Shown here: piece by piece, positions 51,093-64,000 of the stretch
Layout: each line of letters starts with the position of its first letter
How positions within the stretch are numbered: position 1 is the first letter of the stretch
Assembly: GCF_902652985.1 (NCBI RefSeq)
Contig: NC_047018.1
Span: forward strand, 36,580,001 to 36,644,000
DNA: 64,000 nucleotides
Direction of reading: 5' to 3'
DNA from: Pecten maximus
Taxonomy: Eukaryota
The notes under the pieces: generated by a model
The model's input: the letters and a program-made list of their open reading frames with translations, nothing else
The model's database searches: none
Told to the model about the DNA's origin: nothing
Position numbers and translations under genes: made by a program

Positions 51093-52426
51093 CAGAAACA
51101 GTTTTAAAAGACGATGGTGCTTTTTTTTACAGAAAACAAATCTAACGTGACTGTCAAAATTTTTATTTTGGAATTGATAAAGAATATGTATTCATCTTTT
51201 AATCAAGAAATTTCTTAATCGTAAAAACTTGCACCATTCCGCCTGCATGTAGCCCGCGGTATAACGATACGACATCACTCGTCATTACAATGAATACATT
51301 GTTCACCAAACTCCATTCTGGTAACTTATAAGATTCAAATCGCGTTAGATTTGTCTGAGGACTCGGCCATCTGTCCGTGTTACAGTGGGTTGACCCATTT
51401 TACATCATGGCTGACCCATACCTAACAAGACTATCTGTCCGTCGGTAAAAATAGTGTGGCCAGACAATGATATCGAGTCAATCGTTCAATTACCGTAAAC
51501 ATGTTACGTACGATGAATTGTTTTACTTTTTATCTTACGATCTGTCTAAATCACATCAATTTTCGTAGCACGCGCAACAGCATCCTTTATGACGTCACAA
51601 GTAAATACGTTTGATAACGTCATAAATTCATGGATATCATAACTGCGGTATGTCTGATAATAATTGTATTTTTCTATTACTGTTATGTCAACAGGAGGTA
51701 TTGAGAATTTCTTAAACGTCTCTGCATTTCGTGTTATGAAAATTGAAATGCACTATTGAAACAGGTATGTTGGCAACCAAGCATACATCTTAGGTTTGAT
51801 TAAAGCTATGTTACACACGGTTGTGCCATTAAAAATATGTTTCTATTTATATTTTCACGTTAAAAAAAAAACTGGTGTATCATCTTTCGTGAAATATTTT
51901 TTCGATTGAATCTGATCACAGTTACCAGTTCCGTCAGAGCGTTATCCAGAAACCACTTCATGACCATTCAATTTTTTTGTAATAATTCGTGAATTTGACA
52001 TGATGATGGTTGTCCGATCGGTGGGAATCTTTTTATCATTATCAACATTCACGTGCGGTTGTTAACTGACCCTCTACGTAAATGTAAATACAGCATTTTC
52101 GTCTGTATCCCAGGAAAATAACCAGAAAAAATGGTTTTGCTTGTTGACCAGCATGGAACATCCGAATACGCTCAAGTTTTCTAATCGCGATTGCAGAAAA
52201 ATGGCTTCTTTCGGACGGTTTGAGGATATATCAGACGGGCATTGATAATGTTATTTTTAAATGGCCTATAAAATGGTCTATCAAATGGCCTATACAAGGG
52301 CCTATAGCTGATTGTTCTGGTAACAAAACAGTTGGGATGCCTTCCATATCAGTCAATAGCAACCTTCGGGAAACAGTTCAACGGGTTGGTCCCAACACCT
52401 CGGTGAAGAGTTTTGAGTTTCGACTA

Positions 52427-52566
52427 NNNNNNNNNNNNNNNNNNNNNNNNNNNNNNNNNNNNNNNNNNNNNNNNNNNNNNNNNNNNNNNNNNNNNNNNNN
52501 NNNNNNNNNNNNNNNNNNNNNNNNNNNNNNNNNNNNNNNNNNNNNNNNNNNNNNNNNNNNNNNNNN
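52427..52566. other. Assembly gap
   Basis: Run of N. Confidence 0.98.
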
Positions 52567-53629
52567 GTTGTTGGTTTTTAACGATAAACCCTCGTGTTGT
52601 TTACTGTTTTGATACGAGATAGCCGAGTAATCACGTGATTTTTGCCGAACCTCGTTTTAATCAGTGTTAACATCTTTTCACGCGGGTTCATGTGCACTAG
52701 CTTTTGCGATCATAGCTTCATAATTCTAAAACAGGACCCACTTTAACCATATAACGAAGCTATTAATAGGCCGATGTCGTGATGAAATCAGACACATACG
52801 AGTAATACGTAATAGTCCTATTTACGAACTAACGAAATTTCTATTTCCTCCACTAAAATCTCTAGTACATATATATACTAGCCAGTTGTAAAATAGGCGA
52901 TCGATCCCATTTGTGCATAGATGTGTCAACCTGTTCATTGATCGGTGCAACAAATACATAACATGCACATGTAGTAAGACAGCTTGATCGTAATAGTGCG
53001 GTAATGTTTCCGGTAAGTATCAAATATATAAACATAATGACACCCATTAGAGAAATAAAAATGGAACCTTTTGACTTTCCTGTTATGGTCGTCCAAAATC
53101 CATTAACTTATATATTAAAAACACACAATCAATTACTGTTGTAAGTATAATTTTATTTATCATTGTGTGGTTAAAAGTCAAAATAATACCTACAATCAAA
53201 TATGTTTATTGTTTAAATCCATATCGTTGTCTCTGGCATGTTGTGTGTGTACTGTTAATGATTTTCAGGAGATACTTTGTATAAGCTTTGCCTTTAGGCA
53301 AGTTTCAAATAGTATCAAAAGAAAATATCCTGAAATGAAAAATGAAATATCATAAACTCATCTTTGATTATACTGTATGTAATAAGGGGTTAAATGGACT
53401 TTTCTACGTCACACTCTCAATCTGACAAACAGTCGTTAAAACCTGAACAAGGTTTAACAATATTGTTACGTCGATTCAGTGTATTGAATGTATTTGCGTG
53501 GTTCTGCCCTTCGGGAACCTGCCATAGAGGCATCGGGATATTAGCGAGTGGCGACGTGTACGGTTTTTGTCGTCGTCGTCGTTGTTTTTTTTATACGTGT
53601 TTTGTTTTCACAAGAATAAGATATTTATT

Positions 53630-54170
53630 GTTCCCATAAATATTTATTATAACTGTTGAATGACATTCAGTTTATACCACACGTGGAATAAACTCTAAAT
53701 GCGTTTTGATTGGTTGAGACGGTAACCTTTGACCGGGACTATTTTTTAATATTGTGATTCAATGTATTTTGGTTGGCTAACACCTGAAGGCCGCTTAACG
53801 AGATCCTCATGATTTTATCATTTTTTAAAGATATATACGTGTAAATATTTCTGTTAGTTTATTGTTTTGAAAAAAATAAACTTGCTTATTATTTGTAATG
53901 ATTTATAATGAATTGTAATATCTCCATACATTTCCTAAATTGACAGTTTTGCATATTAATAAGCGGCATTTCCCTACTGCTTGTTTTTGTGAAGAGAACA
54001 CACGTTGACACAAAACAGGTCAATTCATCCTCAGAATAGCGTTTCTATTGTGGTAGAAACACGTCACACAAACTCGTGGTTGCTGTGTATTGTATTTCTT
54101 TTACTCGAGTTTGTAATTTTTCAAAAGTTACAAAAACCTTTTTAAAAACCACTCGTTGTGTAATCTCCAT
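53630..54170. mobile_element. Second copy of the 41360-42000 interspersed element
   Basis: Colinear direct-orientation similarity across about 540 bp. Confidence 0.8.
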
Positions 54171-54519
54171 TGATTGACAGCCCGTTACTGTAGATAACGG
54201 TAACAACATCATGAATATGTAATTATAGCTATTCACGCTAATCTTATAAAAAGTGGCCAGAGTGCGAATGTTTATTGAAATCCATCTGCCTCCCAGGAAC
54301 ATACATGTGTGTACTTGCGCCCTCTACTGGTGGTTCCATTTCTAATGACAAACGTGCAATACTTACTTTCCATTCAGATAAACATTTCAATCACCTACAG
54401 GACGTTTTGTATTTCTGGACAACTTAAAATGTCACAAAAACAAAATCCATATTATATGCCACAAACATGAACGACCGCGATATGTCCGACAGGCCTATAC
54501 AGTAAGTATATATGTACTT

Positions 54520-57500
54520 ATTCCCTGTAAAAATGGCTCGGGCAAGTAAACAACTGGACCCATGTAGGGATGGAATGGTACAGGCATGGGAAAACTGGGA
54601 CTCCTTTAGGAACGGTACAGGCCGGGAACAACTGGACTCCTTGGAGAATGGTACAGGCCGGAACAACTGGACCCCTGTAGGAATGGTACAGGCCGGGAAC
54701 AACTTGACCCTTGTAGGAATGGTACAGGCCGGGAACAACTGGGCCCCTGTAGGAATGGTACAGCCCGAGAACCACTGGACCCCTGTAGGAATGGTACAGG
54801 CCGGGAACAACTGGACCCCTGTAGGAATGGTACAGTCCAGGAACCACTGGACCCCTGTAGGAATGGTACAGCCCGGGAACAACTGGACCCCTGTAGGAAT
54901 GGTACAGGCCAGGAACAACTGGACCCCTGTAGGAATGGTATAGGCCAGGAACAACTGGACCCCTGTAAAAAGGTACAGGCCAGACACAACTGGGCCCCTG
55001 TAGGAATGGTACAGGCCAGGAACAACTGGACCCTGTAGGAATGGTACAGGCCGGGAACAACTTGACCCTTGTAGGAATGGTACAGGCCGGGAACACCTTG
55101 ACCCCTGTAGTAATGGTTCAGGCAAGTAAACAACTGGGCCCCTGTAGGAATGGTACAGGCCAGGAACAACTCGACCCCTGTAGGAATGGTATAGGCCGGG
55201 AGCAACTCGACCCCTGTAGGAATGGTACAGCCCGAGAACAACTCGACCCCTGTAGGAATGGTACAGGCCGGGAACAACTGGACCCCTGTAGGAATGGTAC
55301 AGGCCGGGAACAACTGGACCCCTGTAGGAATGCTACAGCCCGAGAACAACTGGACCCCTGTAGGAATGCTACAGCCCGAGAACAACTGGACCCTTGTAGG
55401 AATGGTACAGGCCGGGAACACCTTGACCCCTGTAGTAGTGGTACAGCCCGAGAACAACTGGACCCCTATAGGAATGGTACAGGCCGGGAACAACTGGACC
55501 CCTGTAGGAATGCTACAGCCCGAGAACAACTGGACCCCTGTAGGAATGGTACAGGCCGGGAACAACTGGACCCCTGTAGGAATGCTACAGCCCGAGAACA
55601 ACTGGACCCCTGTAGGAATGGTATAGGCCGGGAACAACTGGACCCCTGTAGGAATGCTACAGCCCGAGAACAACTTGACCCCTGTAGGAATGCTACAGCC
55701 CGATAACAACTGGACCCCTGTAGGAATGGTACAGGCCGGGAACAACTGGACCCCTGTAGGAATGCTACAGGCCGGGAACAACTGGACCCCTGTAGGAATG
55801 GTACAGGCCGGGAACAACTGGACCTCTGTAGGAATGGTACTGGCCGGGAACAACTTGACCCTTGCAAGAACGGTACAGGCCGGGAACAACTTGACCCTTG
55901 TAGGAATGGTACAGGCCGGGAACAACTGGACCCCTGTAGGAATGGTACAGGCCGGGAACAACTGGGCCCCTGTAGGAATGGTACAGGCCGAGAACAACTG
56001 GACCCCTGTAGGAATGGTACAGCCCGAGAACAACTGGACCCCTGTAGGAATGGTACTGGCCGGGAACAACTGGACCCCTGTAGGAATGCTACAGCCCGAG
56101 AACCACTGGACCCCTGTAGGAATGGTACAGCCCGAGAACAACTGGACCCCTGTAGGAATGGTATAGGCCAGGAACAACTGGACCCCTGTAAAAAGGTACA
56201 GGCCGGAAACAACTGGACCCCTGTAGGAATGGTACAGGCCGGGAATAACTGGACCCATGTAGGAATGGTACAGGCCGGGAACAACTTGACCCTTGTAGGA
56301 ATGGTACAGGCCGGGAACACCTTGACCCCTGTAGTAATGGTTCAGGCAAGTAAACAACTGGGCCCCTGTAGGAATGGTACAGGCCAGGAACAACTCGACC
56401 CCTGTAGGAATGGTATAGGCCGGGAGCAACTCGACCCCTGTAGGAATGGTACAGCCCGAGAACAACTCGACCCCTGTAGGAATGGTACAGGCCGGGAACA
56501 ACTGGACCCCTGTAGGAATGGTACAGGCCGGGAACAACTGGACCCCTGTAGGAATGCTACAGCCCGAGAACAACTGGACCCCTGTAGGAATGCTACAGCC
56601 CGAGAACAACTGGACCCTTGTAGGAATGGTACAGGCCGGGAACACCTTGACCCTTGTAGTAGTGGTACAGCCCGAGAACAACTGGACCCCTATAGGAATG
56701 GTACAGGCCGGGAACAACTGGACCCCTGTAGGAATGCTACAGCCCGAGAACAACTGGACCCCTGTAGGAATGGTACAGGCCGGGAACAACTGGACCCCTG
56801 TAGGAATGGTACAGCCCGAGAACAACTGGACCCCTGTAGGAATGGTATAGGCCGGGAACAACTGGACCCCTGTAGGAATGCTACAGCCCGAGAACAACTT
56901 GACCCCTGTAGGAATGCTACAGCCCGATAACAACTGGACCCCTGTAGGAATGGTACAGGCCGGGAACAACTGGACCCCTGTAGGAATGCTACAGGCCGGG
57001 AACAACTGGACCCCTGTAGGAATGGTACAGGCCGGGAACAACTGGACCTCTGTAGGAATGGTACTGGCCGGGAACAACTTGACCCTTGCAGGAACGGTAC
57101 AGGCCGGGAACAACTTGACCCTTGTAGGAATGGTACAGGCGGGAACAACTGGACCCCTGTAGGAATGGTACAGGCCGGGAACAACTGGACCCCTGTAGGA
57201 ATGGTACAGGCCGGGAACAACTGGACCCCTGTAGGAATGGTACAGCCCGAGAACAACTGGACCCCTGTAGGAATGGTATAGGCCAGGAACAACTGGACCC
57301 CTGTAAAAAGGTACAGGCCGGAAACAACTGGACCCCTGTAGGAATGGTACAGGCCGGGAATAACTGGACCCATGTAGGAATGGTACAGGCCGGGAACAAC
57401 TTGACCCTTGTAGGAATGGTACAGGCCGGGAACAACTTGACCCTTGTAGGAATGGTACAGCCCGATAACAACTTGACCCCTTTATGAATGGTACAGGCCA

Positions 57501-58650
57501 GGAACAACTGGACCCCTGTAGGAATGGTATAGCCAGGAACAACTGGACCCCTGTAAAAAGGTACATGCCGGGAACAACTGGACCCCTGTAGGAATGGTAT
57601 AGGCCAGGAACAACTGGACCCCTGTAAAAAGGTACAGGCCGGGAACAACTTGACCCTTGTAGGAATGGTACAGGCCGGGAACAACTTGACCCTTGCAGGA
57701 ATGATACAGGCCGGGAACAACTTGACCCTTGTAGGAATGGTACAGGCCGGAAATAACTGGACCCCTGTAGGAATGGTACAGGCCGGGAACAACTTGACCC
57801 TTGTAGGAATGGTACAGACCGGGAACAACTTGACCCTTGTAGGAATGGTACAGGCCGGGAACAACTTGACCCTTGTAGGAATGGTACAGGCCGGGCACAA
57901 CTGGGCCCCTGTAGGAATGGTACAGGCCGAGAACAACTTGACCCTTGTAGGAATGGTACAGGCCGGGAACAACTTGACCCTTGTAAGAATGGTACAGGCC
58001 GGGACCAACTTGACCCTTGTAGGAATGGTACAGGCCGGGAACAACTTGACCCTTGCAGGAATGATACAGGCCGGGAACAACTTGACCCTTGTAGGAATGG
58101 TACAGGCCGGGAATAACTGGACCCCTGTAGGAATGGTACAGGCCGGGAACAACTTGACCCTTGTAGGAATGGTACAGGCCGGGAACAACTTGACCCTTGT
58201 AGGAATGGTACAGGCCGGGAACAACTTGACCCTTGTAGGAATGGTACAGGCCGGGCACAACTGGGCCCCTGTAGGAATGGTACAGGCCGAGAACAACTTG
58301 ACCCTTGTAGGAATGGTACAGGCCGGGAACAACTTGACCCTTGTAAGAATGGTACAGGCCGGGAACAACTTGACCCTTGTAGGAATGGTACAGGCCGGGA
58401 ACAACTTGACCCTTGTAGGAATGGTACAGGCCGGGAACAACTTGACCCTTGTAGGAATGGTACAGGCCGGGCACAACTGGGCCCCTGTAGGAATGGTACA
58501 GGCCGGGCACAACTGGGCCCCTGTAGGAATGGTACAGGCCGGGAACAACTGGGCCCCTGTAGGAATGGTACAGGCCGGGAACAACTGGGCCCCTGTAGGA
58601 ATGGTACAAGCAGTTGACAAAAGAACAACTGACAAAGGGCACCTGGGCCG
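54520..58650 (+). repeat. GC-rich 36-bp satellite, ~113 copies, with 1224-bp and 360-bp higher-order repeats
   Basis: (GGAACAACTGGACCCCTGTAGGAATGGTACAGGCCG)n. Variant series recur at an offset of 1224 (55222 and 56446) and 360 (TGCAGGAATGATACA at 57694 and 58054). Confidence 0.97.
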
Positions 58651-60253
58651 TTAAGCATGATATTCATGTATCCCACGACTTATTTCATATTTTTGCATCG
58701 GTCGTGGTTTAATGAAATATTTTTGAAGCAAAACAAAAAACTTGTGTTAAACAAAATTGAAATCCAATGATGCCTCTGCCAGCTGCATATATACATCATG
58801 AATTATCTACATTAAACGACGAGAGAGGTATATGATTGTAGAGGACAAGTTGGAAGGTCTAGCTCGGGACGGACCCGATATCCGCGACGTACTTAGTTTG
58901 TGTGTATATAAAGAGTGCTCCAGACCGCCAGAATTGATGCTGAACTGTCGAGTCGAGGCGAAAGGTTTGTTGCGAGTGTTATACGATCTTGACCCAGACA
59001 ATTCTAGTCAGCTAAATTATTACAATATGGACTGAATGGTGGCCAGGGGGAGATTTTGACAAATCTGTGAGCCAGGGAAAAATTGAATTAATGTCAAGGG
59101 AAGATCTGTGTGGCATGCCATCGAGGCATTGACTTCGGTGTTTATTTAACAAACTACAAATTTGGCGATAAATTGGGTCAGAATGAAAACGGAAAATAAA
59201 GTGGACGCCATGTTCTGGAACAGCTCGCGGGATTTGAAAGGTGACCCGACGGGAACGGGGGTGATCACGGAAGATGAGAATAATGGGAGGAGGGTTAAAT
59301 TAGAAGACAAATGTCCGAAAGAAGTATTTGGGAGAGGGATGGACGACAGGAAAGAAGTAATAATCAATTGGAGAGAGAAAAATAGAAAAGAAATGGATGA
59401 AATAGAATGATGGAATTATAGACAGAAAGGAAGAGGAAGGAAGGAGATGAAGAAAAGTGTGGTAAAGAGAAAGAGCGTATGAATGAGTGTGGAGAGAGAG
59501 AGAGGCACGACTAGACGGGAGAAGGTATCAAGAAAAGAATTGGGAAAGAGAGAAGAGGGGAGACGACGTAGAGAAAGATGAAATATAGATCCGGAAGTGG
59601 GAAATGGGAAGAAAATGGAAAGGGAAAGACACAGAGCGAAGCATAGTACGGGGTAAATGGGGTTTTATTATTGTGTAACGTCCTATCAAGTAAACGGAGG
59701 AAGGGGAAAATAAAGGGAACGACAGGCAAGGACGAACAGCGACAAGAATGAGTCAGAAATAAGAAGAGTCATTTCAGGAAAAATGAATGCCGAATATATT
59801 GAGAAAAAAGTCCTCCTACCTAATTAATAATTAATTGGAATGCGACACTCATTAACATTGTAATGATACCACCTCTGTATAATGCATATTATCACAGCTC
59901 TGTCACGGCAGTTCACCGAAAACTGTCATAAATTTGATAGAACTATTGTTCTTCTATTGTTTTTAAATCACAACTGTAACGACAAAGGTTCTGCACGATT
60001 TACAAATAGTCATACTCGCTTTCACCAGATCAAACTTAATGTACTTCCTTTTTTTATATAAATAATGAAAAGGCCAGGCACAATAGTACTTTTGACGAGT
60101 GTCCCATACTTAACGGGCAAGATACTGTCGTTACTGAAATATCGCTACAAAGCTTAGGTTAAGTTTCCTGTCATTATAAACAATACATTTGGTTTAATGA
60201 ATATTGTTTTACAAGAATACGTAAATAAAACATGATCGCGGAGCGAATGCTCA

Positions 60254-61200
60254 TCCGGAGATCTATGTCCGTATGTCCCCGTCATCCGGAGATCTATGTC
60301 CGTATGTCCCCGTCAACCGGAGATCTATGTCCGTATGTCCCGTCAACCGGAGATCTATGTCCGTATGTCCCCGTCGACCGGATATCTATGTCCGTATGCC
60401 CCCGTCAGCCGGAGATATATGTCCGTATGTCCCCGTCAACCGGAGATATTTGTCCGTATGTCCCCGTCAACCGGAGATATTTGTCCGTATGTCCCCGTCA
60501 ACCGGAGATCTATGTCCGTATGTCCCCGTCAACCGGAGATCTATGTCCGTATGTCCCCGTCAACCATAGATCTATGTCCGTATGTCCCCGTCATCCGGAG
60601 ATATTTGTCCGTATGTCCCCGTCAACCATAGATCTATGTCCGTATGTCCCCGTCATCCGGAGATCTATGTCCGTATGTCCCCGTCAACCGGAGATCTATG
60701 TCCGTATGTCCCCGTCAACCGGAGATATTTGTCCGTATGTCCCCGTCAACCGGAGATCTATGTCCGTATGTCCCCGTCAACCATAGATCTATGTCCGTAT
60801 GTCCCCGTCAACCGGAGATCTATGTCCGTATGTCCCCGTCAACCGGAGATCTATGTCCGTATGTCCCCGTCAACCATAGATCTATGTCCGTATGTCCCCG
60901 TCAACCGGATATCTATGTCCGTATGTCCCCGTCAACCGGAGATCTATGTCCGTATGTCCCCGTCAACCATATATCTATGTCCGTATGTCCCCGTCAACCG
61001 GATATCTATGTCCGTATGTCCCCGTCAACCGGAGATCTATGCCCGCATGTTCCAGTTACCCGGATGTCTATGTCCGTATGTCCCCGTCAACCCGTCAACC
61101 GGAGCTTTATGTCCGTATGTCCCCGTCAACCCGTCAACCGGAGATCTATGTCCGTATGTCCCCGTCAACCCGTCAACCGGAGCTTTATGTCCGTATGCCT
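60254..61200 (+). repeat. 31-bp minisatellite, ~30 copies
   Basis: (CCGGAGATCTATGTCCGTATGTCCCCGTCAA)n. The last units expand to 39 bp by duplicating CCCGTCAA. Confidence 0.97.
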
Positions 61201-64000
61201 CCGTGAACTTCCTGTTAGTTCCTCGAATTCATCACTAAAACTTAGATTGCAAACCATATACTTTTTTTAGGAATTTAGCTTAATTAATTAGCCATAATCA
61301 GAACTAAACTTAAATTTGCACCTTTGTGTTTTAATGAATGAGCATGAATTTTGGTTCCTTGTTCAAAGTCTGCTAATCTGTTAAGATAATAATTCCATAT
61401 TTATTATTTAATTCGCGCTTGTTTTTTGGGGGATTTTTTTATTGTTTGTTTGGGTTTTTTTTAACCAATTTTCTAAAAACGAAGTGTTCAATTGTACTAG
61501 ATTTAAACTATTAAATTAAAATGATAATAGTTGTCGACAACTAATTTTGAAATACGTCCAGCATATGATGTCGGTGTTCGCCCGAGAGAATATCCTGGAT
61601 ATTATGATACGGGTGCTGGACTGTACGTCCAAAAGATCCTGAACAGTCGTGTCCGCACGTGGCCTCCGGACTATGACGGAGACGGACAGGTTAAGTGTTC
61701 CACGACCGGCTTTTATGGAGCTCTCTAAGCCCGGAGTCAGAGAAGGCCTGTACTACGTTACACTTTAATTATATCATGTCATCCCATATCTTTCTACTCA
61801 TGTTTACGACCTTACAGAGCCTTTATGATGTATAGTTCTGAATAACACCCTCACACATTTTTTTCAGTCCCGGGAAAGAAAACAATATCTAATTGTATTA
61901 TAAATACGGATCGATTTTAACATCAAATATGCAAGCTGTTAATAATTCACTTTTTTTCTCTGAAAGCAAAATAAAATTTGACGGGTCACAAGAACGTAAA
62001 ACAAAATCAATATTTCAAATTGAAAAACACATAAAAATACCAAACTGTAATAACTCATGTTTTTGTCGTTCAATTTACCATGAAGGATGGGCCTCTTGGG
62101 ACTACAAGACGATTTGAATTTTAATGGTCATACCGAGTGAGGACTAGATACCTAAATTATACGTACACAACCTGAACCGTTCATGGGCGATCGCGAGACC
62201 GCTTACAATCCTCAACTATCACAGATAGTCGCTCAAACCCATATTCTAAATCTGTCTACAATCTGACTCGGGTAATTTGAAAATATCTGATAAAGGTTTT
62301 TTATGTACGTAAATATATGTGTGCGTGTGTGTGTGTAGGTGTGTGTGTAGGCCCTGTCTCATCTATGATGACAAGTCCATAGTAAACATGGTCCAATCAT
62401 TACTATTATGTACATAATGTACATTATATAATGGTATGAGAGAGGCGACTGTGTTGAGAGTGAAAGATCAATGACGTATTACATTTCATTACGTCACACC
62501 GCTGTAATATACCGAAATTGTGACCTCTGGCGGCATGTAAAGAAATATATCAGGTCATGTCGATATGTAACAGAGATTAACTTTCGGAACAATCGCGATA
62601 TGTTTGAAAACCTTCTGACAAACTCCGTGTATGACAAAGGAAAGTGATTTCGGAACAAGTTAACCTTTTCGTGAAGGTCATATCTCCTTGCCTTCTGCTT
62701 TGGTGTAATTCCTTTTGACGTTGTATTAATACAAATATCATGTTTGAGTTCTGACCAAATATAATGATCGTGAAAGTCTTTGTTTGGTGATATTTTCTTC
62801 CTTTTCTTTTACTCGTACTTGATATATTGAGCTTAAAAACAGTGGGTGTCGGGTGGTGGGACTTCTAGGGGTAAAGGAAATGTGTATCATGTACATTTGC
62901 AAATATATGTACACACACCTCAATAGAAGTTTTTCTTTAATTTACAGTTACTAATTAATTTACAATAAAAAGGAGTTTACTTACATTATCCAAATAAATA
63001 CTTACCTACAAATTAAAAGTTCAATTTAAGAATGCTTTTCTCTGTCTGTATACCATAAGGAATCGTGCGGGGCATTCCGAGTGTAAATATCTCAGAAGAA
63101 AACGCTCGATATCATCCGAATGTCATCTAGATATCGTCTACAAAGGAAACGACAAACGCACTCCTATCTTAATAATGTCAATCTGGTCCTAAAACAGTCG
63201 ATGTATGCATCCAAGGTAGACTTGTAACTTGTAAACATTTATTCTAAAAAAGTCAGCATCGTCGTAGAGGTCTCCTGTCGTCAAATATTCTACTTGTACA
63301 ACCAGATTACCATATGGTTATCATATATAAACGATAAACAAATAAAAAAAATCAATGATTCATCGATTTAATTAAATCATTTGATGGGAAAAAAAGAGAT
63401 ATTCAAATTTTCAAACCGTGACAAACATTTTAAGGACCTAACGGCAGTTGGGCGTTGGCAGCGATGTTATTATTTATTTAGAATACAAACGGACCGTGTG
63501 TCGTTTGGGAAGGATGGTATATTTCGAAATCCAACATGTAAATTTCAGAGACACTGAGAGAAAGAATGGAACAGTGTAATATATTTGTCTAACGCTACTC
63601 GCCTCGCCATAACTCTATTAAGCGTTCGTCTCACTAGAAACACCAGACCGTGAAGACATTCCAAGCGTGAAATGTTCTACTCTCAATGAAAAATCCATAA
63701 CGCTCATCAAAAATGCAAAACTCTTATAATTCACATTTTTAGCGAAACAAGAAAGAAAATTGTAATTTCATTGACAGGATAGCAAACCGTAACATTGAAA
63801 TCAATAGCTGGGGTCAGTTTTACCAAGAAAGTTATACACCAGCTCAGGCTTCACGGAAACACCACAGGGGCCCGAGAAATAAGAATTTCTTAAAGTCTAT
63901 ATTATTTGGACCTATCCTAGTGTGTTTAATACATTTTGGATATTTTCGAGAGTGGGGCTTAATTAACCTTGGGTTAAACAAGACATGGACAACCCTCGGT

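Noticed and set aside
54520-58650. CRISPR array (36-bp hairpin repeats)
   Set aside because: Units are head-to-tail with no unique spacers, there are no cas genes, and the context is eukaryotic.
54424-58676. 1356-aa ORF and overlapping repetitive ORFs as a real protein
   Set aside because: The 36-bp unit has no stop in five of six frames. The long ORF drifts through all three repeat registers via 1-bp deletions, which argues against coding selection.
60232-61270. Repetitive ORFs of 98-218 aa
   Set aside because: Translations of a 31-bp unit that is not a multiple of 3, so they cycle through frames.

Overview
AT-rich eukaryotic genomic DNA with spliceosomal introns and two assembly gaps. The repeat types suggest an invertebrate, probably a bivalve mollusc (inference). 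The window opens inside a young Ty3/Gypsy LTR retrotransposon of the Mag/Steamer type (1-3914). It has near-identical LTRs, a tRNA-Leu PBS and a PPT. Its single stop-free gag-pol ORF runs in frame from Gag straight into the middle of RT, so the zinc knuckles, protease and RT N-terminus are missing. The only well-supported host gene is a minus-strand CHST15/GalNAc4S-6ST-like sulfotransferase with 7 coding exons (17073 to 9536, 397 aa, all splice phases consistent). The rest is non-coding: decayed LINE fragments, a 5'-truncated CR1-like LINE with a 12-bp TSD, several MITE/foldback elements, long inverted repeats and a Helentron/HINE-like element. A dense cluster of unrelated minisatellite arrays (24, 24, 29, 30, 31, 32, 36, 50 and ~55 bp units) produces all the long repetitive ORFs in the track. 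There is no prokaryotic system or CRISPR array. The best novelty candidates are the protease-less but open and recently inserted Gypsy element and the hairpin-bearing 36-bp array with higher-order structure.
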